A DNA stretch of 64,000 nucleotides from Anaerohalosphaeraceae bacterium (GCA_963675525.2 CAXXSL010000019.1:184842-248841), one strand, 5' to 3'; positions 19,072 to 28,319 are shown, numbered from the stretch's first letter. Translations and numbers: made by a program. The notes: generated by a model from the letters alone, not told the origin.

Positions 19072-20661
19072 CTATTGCATTTTTCGGATGCGAATCTCGA
19101 TCTGGTTTTCGTTTTCGAGCAGTTTGGTCAGTTTGCTTACATCGGTATCGCCGTAGTGGTACGGGTAGAGGATTTTCGGTTTAAAGGATTTAGCGGCGTC
19201 GGCGGCCATTTCCGGCGTCATGGTATAAGGCAGGTTCATCGGCAAAAAGGCGATGTCGATGTTTTTCAGGTCGGCCATTTCGGGAACGTTCTCGGTATCT
19301 CCGGCGATATAGATGTGCTTGTCTGCAACCGTGAGGACATAGCCATTGCCGCGGCCTTTCGGATGGAAAGGCTGGCCATTGGAGCGTTGATGGACGATGT
19401 TGTAGGCCGGGACCGCTTCAACGATGAATCCCGCGATATCCTGCTTGTCGCCGTTTTTCATGACGATGCTGTCGGGGACCTTCTCGGCACAGGAGGCCGG
19501 CGCAATAATGGTGGTTTTCTCTTGTTGAATTTGCTCAATGGCTTTTGTGTCGAGGTGATCGCCGTGCTCGTGTGTGACCAAAATGATATCCGCTTTGGAC
19601 ATTTTGGTATAATCGGCCAGATTTGTCCATGGGTCAATATGGATGGTTTTGCCGGCGCATTGGAGCATCAGTGTTCCGTGTCCGATGAAGGTGATGGATA
19701 ACGGGCCGCCGGTGGTTTCAATGGTGTCGGTTTCGAACATTTTTTCCGTCTCCTTTTTGCCGAGAGTTCGCTGGAAAAATTCAATCACCGGGTTGAGTGC
19801 TTCCGGCCCGCCGAAACCGTGTCCCTTACCTTTCATGATGATCAGTTTTGCATCGACGCCCTGGGCTATGAGCAAGTCGTAGAGCAGTTGGCTTTGCTGG
19901 AGGGGAACGAGGTCGTCGCGGTCGCCGTGCATAATGAGGAACGGCGGGGCGTTTTTCGTGACATGGGTGACGGGACTGCACATTTCGGCAAGTTGGCGTT
20001 TTTCAGAAACGCGGCCGCCGAGCAGTTTGATCTCGGGATCCTGACCGTCTTCGAACTGCCGCTTGCCGATCGACATGGTAAACATATCGCTTGGGCCGAA
20101 CCAATCGCACACGGCCTGTACGTTGCTGGATGTGTCGGTGTGTCCGCCGAGTGTGCCTTCCAGTGTTTTGCTGCCGTTGGTTGTGCCGAGCAGGGCAACC
20201 AAATGCCCGCCGGCTGAATCGCCCCAGGCTCCGATACGGTCGGGGTCGATATGGTAGGCTTTTGCGTTGGCCCGCAGAAATCGAACGGCCGCTTTGCAGT
20301 CGTGAATCTGGGCGGGGAAAATGGCAACGTTCGAAAACCGGTAGTTGATGCTGGCGACAGCAAAGCCGTGCTGCAGCAGAGGCAGTGCGAGGCAATGTGA
20401 TTTGTCGCTGGCAAGCCATGCGCCGCCGTGAATCCAGACGACCAGCGGCAGGGGGCCTTCGGTATTTTGGGGGATGTAAAGGTCCAGCTTTAATTCAATA
20501 TCGTCAACCGTTGCGTAGGTGATGTCCTTATGGAGGGTGGCATTTTTCAGCCATTGATTTGATTCGGGTGAACCAGGACTGACTCCGCAAAGTCCCGATA
20601 AGATCAGGCACATGAATTCAATAGTAAGCATCGAAACAGGTTGTGTGGTTTTATATTTCAT
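19072..20661 (-). CDS. fusion: alpha/beta-hydrolase esterase + metallo-beta-lactamase-fold hydrolase
   Basis: HGGAW, GDSAGG, HGDRD and GHG in the N-terminal domain. GHGT, IDP, THEHGDH and AGDTE in the C-terminal domain. Confidence 0.85.
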   Translation of the reverse strand: MKYKTTQPVSMLTIEFMCLILSGLCGVSPGSPESNQWLKNATLHKDITYATVDDIELKLDLYIPQNTEGPLPLVVWIHGGAWLASDKSHCLALPLLQHGFAVASINYRFSNVAIFPAQIHDCKAAVRFLRANAKAYHIDPDRIGAWGDSAGGHLVALLGTTNGSKTLEGTLGGHTDTSSNVQAVCDWFGPSDMFTMSIGKRQFEDGQDPEIKLLGGRVSEKRQLAEMCSPVTHVTKNAPPFLIMHGDRDDLVPLQQSQLLYDLLIAQGVDAKLIIMKGKGHGFGGPEALNPVIEFFQRTLGKKETEKMFETDTIETTGGPLSITFIGHGTLMLQCAGKTIHIDPWTNLADYTKMSKADIILVTHEHGDHLDTKAIEQIQQEKTTIIAPASCAEKVPDSIVMKNGDKQDIAGFIVEAVPAYNIVHQRSNGQPFHPKGRGNGYVLTVADKHIYIAGDTENVPEMADLKNIDIAFLPMNLPYTMTPEMAADAAKSFKPKILYPYHYGDTDVSKLTKLLENENQIEIRIRKMQ

Positions 20662-21059
20662 CGTTTATGGTCCTTTCCATCATTTAGGGGTCTGTTTTTC
20701 CTGCGAAAAGTTGTTCTGTGCCGCCTGATTATACTCGATATATAGACTAATGAAAGGGGCACATAAAATTGAAATTCAAGAATCCCGGTTCATTCTTGGT
20801 TTACGACTTATTTTAACCTTAATAGAATCGCTGTTATGCAGGCAATTTTAGTTCAGGATGCAAAAAATACCGAACCCGTCAGCATGAGACTGCTTCAATA
20901 TTGCCCGCCTGAATACATGTTTTTAGCTGTGTTAGCCCCATAAAATCATCTCCTGTAAAGGTCATCCGTACAATTGCCAAAAAAATGCGATATCAGTATT
21001 GAAATTCGCGATTTTTATTAAACTTTTCCATTCGACTCAGACGATATTTAGACATAGAA

Positions 21060-21260
21060 GTTGGCACTTTGAAAACAAAACAACAACTCTTAATAAGTGG
21101 CCCATAAGGCCAAACGCAGCCTGGACCTGTCAGTGTCAACCTTAAGCGACGGCGCACAAGGCAGATCGGAATCGAGGCACAAGCAGAAACGGGCGTAGGC
21201 GAATACGAGAAGAGTTGTTCTTAAGACAAAAGGCAGGGCATGGGCCCTGCCTTTGTTTAT
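21060..21260 (+). ncRNA. candidate stand-alone structured ncRNA (unassigned family)
   Basis: Perfect 10-bp closing stem AACAACTCTT (21082-91) / AAGAGTTGTT (21210-19), internal hairpins, no ATG-initiated ORF inside the stem, followed directly by a terminator. Confidence 0.55.
21226..21258. terminator. bidirectional intrinsic terminator
   Basis: ACAAAAGGCAGGGC-atgg-GCCCTGCCTTTGTTT with U-rich tails in both directions, between the candidate RNA and convergent rodA. Confidence 0.8.
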
Positions 21261-21272
21261 GCGCCTGAAACG

Positions 21273-22589
21273 TTATTCCCCGCGGAATTCGAAGGGCTTC
21301 TTGGCGACAGAGAAAGGGCGGTACTTTCCGATATTATTCAGCAAACCGATCGCGGTTATGTTGACCACCAGGCTTGACCCGCCATAGCTGACCAGCGGCA
21401 GCGTCAGTCCGGTGATCGGCATCAGCCCCATTGTCATACCGACATTGACCAGCACCTGAACAGCGAACATCGCGGCGATCCCGACGGCCACGAGCCGGCC
21501 GAACGGGTCGGTATTCAAAAAGGCCAGTTCGATGGCGCAAGCGATGATGATCACATAGAGAGTCAAGACGCCTGCGCAGCCGAGAAAGCCGAATTGGTGG
21601 GCGATGGCCGCGAAGATAAAATCATTATGCGGTTCGGGTAGATAGTTATATTGGATATAAGGCCCTTTGGCAAAGCCGTAGCCATCGAGGCCGCCGGAAG
21701 TGATGGCTTGTTTGGAATGCAGGAGTTGATAGCCTTTGCCTTGGCGCCAGGTACGCAGTTCGTCCGGGTCGCCGACGAGAATATCGCCCAGTTTGGGGTT
21801 GGTTTTGGCGGCTTGAAAAATCTTTTCATTTTGCAGCAGGACCGAGGAGATACGCATACGCTGGTAAGGGCGCATAAAATGCCACAGCATCGGCGAGACC
21901 GCCAGTCCCAGACACAAGATGATCAGCAGATGTTTGACTTTTGCCCCGGCCACAAACAACATCGAAAACAGGATCGGCATCATTAACAGAACCGTCCCCA
22001 GGTCCGGTTCCAGCAGGATCAGGACCATTGCCAGCAGGGTCAGGGCAAACGGACCGATGAGCCCGAAGAATTTCCGGTAATTTGAGCGGTATCGCAGATA
22101 CCACGCCAGAGCGAGAATATACGCGATCTTACAGAATTCCGAGGGTTGAATCCGAAAACCGAAACCGATATTGATCCAGCGTCGGGAACTATTGATATAG
22201 GGCACAAACGGCAGGTCAATGACCTTGTCCACCAATAACACTGCCAGCAGGACAAGAATGACCGCGTATAATAAATAGCTCAACGGTCCGAGACGTTGAT
22301 AATTGAATACATTCACGAATATCAGACAGAACAAGCCTGTGGCCGCGAAAATCGATTGTTTTTTCCATTTATCGGAATATTGGTTTTCCCGGCTCACAGC
22401 AGTGCCAGGATTGTCCGGCTGACCACTGGTGTCTGCCTCAAGAGAACCGGTGACCGGATCGGGTTGTTCTGCGCTGGGGTGTCCGATGCTGTAAATGGTC
22501 ATTACACCGATGCCTACCAGCAACGCCGCCGAGGCCAGCATCAGCATCCGCATAAAAAAGAAACGACCTTTAAAAATGAACAATACCAT
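21273..22589 (-). CDS. rodA: SEDS family peptidoglycan polymerase RodA/FtsW
   Basis: RWI...IQPSEFCK, EPDLGT, PYQRMRI, GYQ, LPEPHNDFIF, GLTLPLVSYGGSS. Confidence 0.9.
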   Translation of the reverse strand: MVLFIFKGRFFFMRMLMLASAALLVGIGVMTIYSIGHPSAEQPDPVTGSLEADTSGQPDNPGTAVSRENQYSDKWKKQSIFAATGLFCLIFVNVFNYQRLGPLSYLLYAVILVLLAVLLVDKVIDLPFVPYINSSRRWINIGFGFRIQPSEFCKIAYILALAWYLRYRSNYRKFFGLIGPFALTLLAMVLILLEPDLGTVLLMMPILFSMLFVAGAKVKHLLIILCLGLAVSPMLWHFMRPYQRMRISSVLLQNEKIFQAAKTNPKLGDILVGDPDELRTWRQGKGYQLLHSKQAITSGGLDGYGFAKGPYIQYNYLPEPHNDFIFAAIAHQFGFLGCAGVLTLYVIIIACAIELAFLNTDPFGRLVAVGIAAMFAVQVLVNVGMTMGLMPITGLTLPLVSYGGSSLVVNITAIGLLNNIGKYRPFSVAKKPFEFRGE

Positions 22590-22628
22590 AGGCGTCCGTA
22601 TCCTGAAGATTCTTTTGTTGCTGACGTT

Positions 22629-23627
22629 TTATTCCAACTGTACGCTGATTTCGTTGACGATGATCTGGACGGCGTTTTCGAGAGGGCCATCGAGATTAAC
22701 CCCCGAAGCAAGCGTATGTCCGCCGCCGCCGTATTTCTGGGCGATCTTACGCACATCGACCGTTCCCTTGGACCGCAGCGAGCAGCGGAACCCCCCGTCC
22801 GACAGTTCCACGAACATTGCCGCGGCCTGAACGGTTTGAATACGCTGGCATTCGTCGATGAGATTTTCGGTGTCGGCTCCCGTGGCGCCGGTCTCGTCGA
22901 AGTCGGTGCGCAGGATATACTGCGTTGCGATGCGTCCGTTCGCGTGAAGCTGCAAATGTTCAAGCATCCGCGTCATTAAATAGATACGTGAGGGCAAAAA
23001 GGATTGATACAGCAGGGCGTAGATTTCATTGGGTTTGGCTCCGGCGTCAATCAGTTCGGCGGCGGTATGGAAGATGCGGCTGTCGGTGTTGCCGAACTTG
23101 AACCAGCCGGTATCGCTGGACAGCGCGATAAAAATAGACTCGGCGATACGCTCGGTAATCGGCCAGCGGGCGAATTTGAGCAGGTCAAAGACGATCTCCC
23201 CGGCCGCCGCGGCGGTGGTATCGACCAACTCGACGGTACCCAAATTGTCGCCGGTGATGTGGTGGTCGATCACGAGGACTTTTTTGCCGCATCCGGCCAG
23301 CCAGTCCGAAAGACCGGGCAGTTGCACGTTGCTGTTCGTATCAACGATGATGACCAGGTCGATATCCTTATAATAGGCATCAAGCTGATTGGCCGCAATA
23401 TCGTTGCCCAAAACAGCAACAGGACCGTCAAAAAGGCTTTGGTACCAGCCTGCCAGAGGCGACATAAACAGCGGCTGGACGGTTTTGCCAATTGAAATGA
23501 GGGTTTCCTGCAGGGCACGAACGCAACCGCAGGCATCCCCATCCGGCCGAATATGCGTTGTGATCAGTATTTTTGTCGAGATATCAATGATTTCAACAGC
23601 TTTTTGGTAAATAGTGTCGCTTGTCAT
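22629..23627 (-). CDS. nrnA: DHH family phosphoesterase (NrnA-like oligoribonuclease/pAp phosphatase)
   Basis: HIRPDGDA, IDHH, SDTGWF, SLRS, GGGGH. Confidence 0.88.
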   Translation of the reverse strand: MTSDTIYQKAVEIIDISTKILITTHIRPDGDACGCVRALQETLISIGKTVQPLFMSPLAGWYQSLFDGPVAVLGNDIAANQLDAYYKDIDLVIIVDTNSNVQLPGLSDWLAGCGKKVLVIDHHITGDNLGTVELVDTTAAAAGEIVFDLLKFARWPITERIAESIFIALSSDTGWFKFGNTDSRIFHTAAELIDAGAKPNEIYALLYQSFLPSRIYLMTRMLEHLQLHANGRIATQYILRTDFDETGATGADTENLIDECQRIQTVQAAAMFVELSDGGFRCSLRSKGTVDVRKIAQKYGGGGHTLASGVNLDGPLENAVQIIVNEISVQLE

Positions 23628-23688
23628 CTTTTTTCCTGATTTATTATCGGTCGTTCTATAACATCATCGTTTAGCCTTGAGTCTATTT

Positions 23689-23763
23689 AGAAGCCGCAGA
23701 TCGCACCGATTTTTAAATAACGATAAAATAAAATCTGTGTCGAAATACAATTCGACCGCTTCT
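23689..23763. repeat. degenerate REP-like hairpin
   Basis: AGAAGC...GCTTCT closure with GCACCGATTTT/AAAATCTGTGT arms and a GTCGAA/TTCGAC hairpin. Confidence 0.35.
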
Positions 23764-24286
23764 GTCTCCGACGAGATTGTTAATGGTCCATTCTCGCCGG
23801 TCGCTGTTCACTGTAAACTTTTCCTGCTTTGAACAACTTAATATAGCATACTTGATTGGCCGGTTAAACAGGAAATATACAAGTTATTTGTTGCGATATG
23901 GTTATGCCCAAATTGCCAATGCTGAAATCGGCAAAACGCCAACGTGCCTCAAGTATTTGATATCCGGCCATCTTTTGCCTGAAGCGGCATCTTGACGGTC
24001 ATATTTTCATTGGCAATTATCCGGGCTTTCCGGATCTGAAATGAAAATCAAGGAAAACCAGAACAGTAGTCCTGAATTTCGGCATTTCGGTATCCACCAA
24101 TTCCTAAAAAATAATACGGCCAACACGACAGGAGCCTTGGAGAAACCGATTTCCAATCCGGACGGGGGCATATTCTAACTTGTTTCAAATCAAGATGTTA
24201 AGTCAAAAAAACGACATATTAACACTGGTATCGGCCTTTTTATAGGTAAATTGTTGAAAAATTTGTCTTCAAAAATAAAATTTCAC

Positions 24287-24315
24287 TTGCTTTTGAGGCG
24301 CTTTTTTAGTATTAT
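24287..24315 (+). promoter_or_regulatory. sigma70-type promoter of the surface-protein pair
   Basis: TTGCTT-N17-TATTAT preceded by an AT-rich UP-like tract. Confidence 0.6.
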
Positions 24316-24498
24316 CAGCATTGTAACAAGGTGGCAGAATCCCGAATAGGGGCTTAAGTTATTTCGTCATCTTGTGTTACGGGGGTTTGGAGGAAGTAAT
24401 TGAGGATTGTGAAACCTTTGGGGAAAACCTTAAGGGTGATGAAATAAGAAGAAGAGACCTGTTAATTTTTGAAGAAAAAGAGAAAGGTAAGGTGTCGT

Positions 24499-25458
24499 AT
24501 GAAGAAGATTCTTGTTAGTTTAATGGTATTGGCACTCTGTGTGCCGGCGATGGCTGCTGTGACTGCCACGTCTGACAATTCTGTGGCAGGGGAAGTGACT
24601 GTGACCCTGACATCTGACTCGGATGGTATCGTGGGTGTCGCTCTGACAGTTGATACCGCCGGTTCGGCCACAGGCGTTGTTGTAGCAGAAAGTTTCTTCG
24701 ATGTATTCGTTGATTCTGCGTTTACGGCTGGTGCCGGCTATGTCTATCAGACTGGTATCCCCACTGCAACTCAGGGTGCTGCCGGCGAATTGGACATTTC
24801 AGGCGGTTCAGCCAGCTTCTCGATCAGCGTTGCTGGTCTGGATGATGATGGTATCGGCGCAGGGACCGACGAGGCTCCTACGACCTGTACGATCACGATT
24901 ACCGGTACTGCCGGTGCTACTGTTGATATCGATATTGATGCGCTTCGCGGTGGTGTCGTTGGTTACAATGGTGCTTTAGCTGTTTCCGGTCTTCCGATCA
25001 ACACCACTTTCGGTGAACGTGTCAGCGAATGTGTTAGCTCAAGTGCTGCAGGTCAGGCTATACCGACTGGGTCACTTATCGGTAAGCCCGACTGCTGGTG
25101 CTTCCAGCGTCAGTGTAATGGTGATGCAAATGGTACCCGTGAAGGTAATATCGTCACCGGTTACAAGTGGGTATTCAATGCTGACCTGGCCATATTCCTG
25201 GCCGCTATACGGTGTAGCTTGAGCCGACAAAAGGCCCTGGAATTATGACGATTACGGATGGTATTTGTGCCGACTTTAACCATGCTCGTGAAGGTAACAT
25301 CGTTACCGGTTACAAGTCGGGTATTCAATGCTGATTTGGGAATTTTCCTGGCCAACTACAATGGTAGCTTGAGCCTACCAAGGGACCTGGTGCTTACCGT
25401 TGTATGGTCCGATGACAATTTCTTTATTGTACCGATATTGTGTGTCTACACAAATTAA
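24499..25458 (+). CDS. secreted Ala/Gly/Thr-rich protein with C-terminal duplicated dockerin/EF-hand-like module (3' part frameshifted; end approximate)
   Basis: Signal peptide MKKILVSLMVLALCVPAMA. CWCFQRQCNGDANGTREGNIVTGYKWVFNADLAIFLAA, and in another frame GICADFNHAREGNIVTGYK..VFNADLGIFLANY. Confidence 0.7.
25138..25391 (+). repeat. intragenic direct repeat, 2 copies, period 149 nt
   Basis: CGTGAAGGTAA(T/C)ATCGT(C/T)ACCGGTTACAAG...GGGTATTCAATGCTGA at 25138 and 25287. Differences are mostly at third codon positions. Confidence 0.8.
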
Positions 25459-25533
25459 TATGACACACGCTTCACAAGAAGTTAACGTTAACGTATTGTT
25501 CGAACAAAAACAAAAATTGAGTAAAGGAGAACG

Positions 25534-26046
25534 ATGATGAAGAAGTTGTTAGTTTTAGCTCTAGTTCTTAGTGTTGCCTCGTTGGCAAGTGCTGGCATCT
25601 CGCTGAGCTTGTTAATGGCACGCGCAAGTAGAAGTTTTACAGCAGATGGATTGTTGATGGTTACAATGTTGGGGCATTCTGCGCTTCTTCCCCGTAGAGG
25701 CATGGATGGTGGTTGCACCTGTTTTGGCTGCAGCTGGCGATACTAACCTCAGTTATGTAGCTGCTTATGGTGTTATGGACAGTGCTGACCTCGGTCTTGC
25801 ACTCGGTCTGACAGACATCTATGAGATCAACATTGCTGGAACACCGCCGACGGTACCCGTTGCTGGTGTCCATGGGCTGTCGCTGATTACGGTGTGACTC
25901 TGGGTGCTGTTGATGCGGGTCTTGGTTCAATTACCTTGGTCGACAGCAACTCTTTGGCAATCCTTGGTCAGGCCTTTGTTGTTCCGGAACCTGCTACAAT
26001 GGTTCTGCTGGGTCTGGGTGCCCTGGTTCTGCGTCGCAAGAAATAA
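25534..26046 (+). CDS. PEP-CTERM sorting-domain protein (several frameshifts in this sequence)
   Basis: RBS AAGGAG and signal peptide MKKLLVLALVLSVASLASAG. 25981-26046 translates VPEPATMVLLGLGALVLRRKK*. Confidence 0.88.
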
Positions 26047-26086
26047 ACGATTCTCAGAAACAGAAAACCATGACAATGTAACATTT

Positions 26087-26119
26087 AAAGGGTCTCCCCT
26101 TGCGGGAGGCCCTTTTTTT
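26087..26119 (+). terminator. intrinsic terminator
   Basis: AAAGGGTCTCCC-cttgc-GGGAGGCCCTTTTTTT. Confidence 0.85.
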
Positions 26120-26291
26120 GCGCTTACCATGAAGTTCATGAGGACAACGAAGAGTAATTCAAATTTAAGAATTAAATATACATCATTCATAATGTGTCTA
26201 TTCGCTGTTAAAAAAGCCTTGTTAATACCGTCAAACCCTTCTATTATACATCAGTATAAAACTAAGAACCTATGTTAACTCGGTGTGTGCT

Positions 26292-28319
26292 ATGAATCGA
26301 AGACAATTGATCACTGTACTTTGTGGGGTCGTATTGCTGACCGGCCTGCTCGGTTATGAGCCGATGCGGCACAACAGTTTTGTCGATTATGACGATGTGG
26401 ACTACATTACCCAAAATACACAGGTCCTGGGAGGCCTGACCGCCGAAGGTTTTGTCTGGGCTTTTACCGAAACCGACCGCACCGCCAACTGGCACCCTCT
26501 GACATGGCTGAGCCACATGTTGGATGTCCAACTGTTCGGCGCCAATCCGCTTGCCCATCACAGCGTCAATCTGCTGCTTCATTTGGCCAATACGCTGCTT
26601 CTGTTCTGGATCTTTTACAGGGTAACCGGTGCCGCCTGGCCGAGTTTCTTCATTGCGGCGGTCTTTGCCCTGCATCCTCTTCATGTTGAATCGGTTGCCT
26701 GGGCCTCCGAACGCAAAGACGTCCTCAGCGGACTTTTCTGGATGCTGACGATCTTAACATATATTTTCTACGCCGAAAAACCGGGCATCCTACGATATCT
26801 GGCGGTGGTTTTATGTTTTATATTGGGCTTAATGGCCAAACCCATGCTGGTAACTCTGCCGTTTGTTCTGCTTTTACTGGATTATTGGCCGCTGGAACGC
26901 TTTGCCCTGAAACCTCCCATTCAAATGAGGCCTTTGGGGCGTCTGCTGGCCGAAAAAATACCTTTATTTGTGCTTTCGGCGGCTTCCTGTGTGGTAACAT
27001 TTATGGTTCAACAGCATGCAGGGGCCATGCGCCGGGGCGAAAACTATTCTCTGCTGACCCGTTTGTCCAATGCCGCCGCAGCCTATATGGGCTATATCGG
27101 CAAGTTTTTCTACCCGGTCAAATTAGCCGTGTTGTACCCGCACCCGGGTAATACGCTGCCTTTATGGCAACCGCTTGCGGCGATTGCGACGATTCTCGTC
27201 ATAACTGTTGCCGTTTTTATTTTAGGCATCAGAAAACGCTATCTTTTGATCGGTTGGTTGTGGTACCTCGGTACGCTGGTTCCGGTGATCGGGCTGGTTC
27301 AGGTCGGTTCACAGGCCATGGCCGATCGATACACCTATCTGCCGATTATCGGGTTGTGTGTGATGCTTGCATGGGGCGTCAGGGAACTTGTCAGTAAGTG
27401 GAAATACGGTCATGTGGCCGTCGGAGTTTTGATTTCCGTCACCCTGGCTGCGATGACGCTTGGCACACGCCATCAGGCTGCTTTCTGGAAGGATACGCTG
27501 TCGCTGTACAAACATACGCTGGATGTGACAGAGAACAATTTTGTGATCCACGGCAATTATGGCGATACGCTGCGTGAACGGGGCGATCTGGGCGCAGCAG
27601 TGGATCACTTGGAAACGGCTTTGCGGATCAGGCCCGATTACGTTGGGGCGATGAACAATCTTGGGATGGCCCTGAGGAGCCAAGGCAAAATTGATGAGGC
27701 TTTTACCCAATGGCGAAAAGCGATTCAATTGGCGCCGTTTCATCCCCAGATCAATGCCAATATGGGCGTGAACCTGACCATTCAGGGACGCTATGATGAA
27801 GCGATCCCGTATTTAAAAACCATCCTGCAAACAAACCCTGATTTTCCGAATATATGTTTCATTCTTGGTGAGGCGTATGCCCGGAAGGGCGATTCCGTCT
27901 CAGCATGCGGCTATTACATGGCGGAGTTAAAAAACAAGCCGGATAATCTTTCGGCCTTGCACGGTCTTGCACTGTCATATGCGCAGCAGGGCAGAATCAA
28001 GGAGGCTGTTGACCAATGGAACCGGGTACTATTGCTGGATCCGGCGTCAGTTGATACCCGCCTGAACCTTGCCTTTGCCATGATCCAAACGGGTCAGTAT
28101 CCGGCGGCAGCCGAGTACTTCAAAGCCGCCTTGCAGCTGGAACCCACCCGGCCCGACATCATGAGTAGACTGGCGTCTTCGTATGCGGCGATGGGCAATC
28201 TTGCTCTGGCAACCAGCACCGCTGAAAGAGCATTGGAGTTAGCTGTCGAAGTGGGGGATATGGATATGGCTAACCAAATACAGCGGCAGTTGGACTATTA
28301 TAAATCCAGCAAAAAATGA
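26292..28319 (+). CDS. multi-TM + TPR protein (TMTC/protein O-mannosyltransferase-like)
   Basis: FVDYDD, NWHPLTWLS, HPLHVESVAW, ERKDVL, AKPMLVTLP, ADRYTYLP, then C-terminal TPRs. Confidence 0.82.
   Translation: MNRRQLITVLCGVVLLTGLLGYEPMRHNSFVDYDDVDYITQNTQVLGGLTAEGFVWAFTETDRTANWHPLTWLSHMLDVQLFGANPLAHHSVNLLLHLANTLLLFWIFYRVTGAAWPSFFIAAVFALHPLHVESVAWASERKDVLSGLFWMLTILTYIFYAEKPGILRYLAVVLCFILGLMAKPMLVTLPFVLLLLDYWPLERFALKPPIQMRPLGRLLAEKIPLFVLSAASCVVTFMVQQHAGAMRRGENYSLLTRLSNAAAAYMGYIGKFFYPVKLAVLYPHPGNTLPLWQPLAAIATILVITVAVFILGIRKRYLLIGWLWYLGTLVPVIGLVQVGSQAMADRYTYLPIIGLCVMLAWGVRELVSKWKYGHVAVGVLISVTLAAMTLGTRHQAAFWKDTLSLYKHTLDVTENNFVIHGNYGDTLRERGDLGAAVDHLETALRIRPDYVGAMNNLGMALRSQGKIDEAFTQWRKAIQLAPFHPQINANMGVNLTIQGRYDEAIPYLKTILQTNPDFPNICFILGEAYARKGDSVSACGYYMAELKNKPDNLSALHGLALSYAQQGRIKEAVDQWNRVLLLDPASVDTRLNLAFAMIQTGQYPAAAEYFKAALQLEPTRPDIMSRLASSYAAMGNLALATSTAERALELAVEVGDMDMANQIQRQLDYYKSSKK

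Noticed and set aside
20834..20941. Selenoprotein (Cys-TGA)
   Set aside because: No convincing SECIS hairpin after the TGA and no homology support; kept only as a small-ORF candidate.
21082..21219. 5S rRNA, SRP RNA or hammerhead identity for the candidate RNA
   Set aside because: The size and boxA-like leader suggested 5S, but CCGAAC and the helix pattern are absent. It has no SRP GGAA/AGCAG loop and no CTGANGA hammerhead core.
23645..23675. Second sigma28-like promoter upstream of nrnA
   Set aside because: ACCGATAA is present, but TAAA lies 18 nt away rather than 15, so support is weak.
25138..25391. DGR template/variable repeat pair
   Set aside because: Differences are mainly synonymous C/T changes, not adenine-specific, and no reverse transcriptase is in the window.
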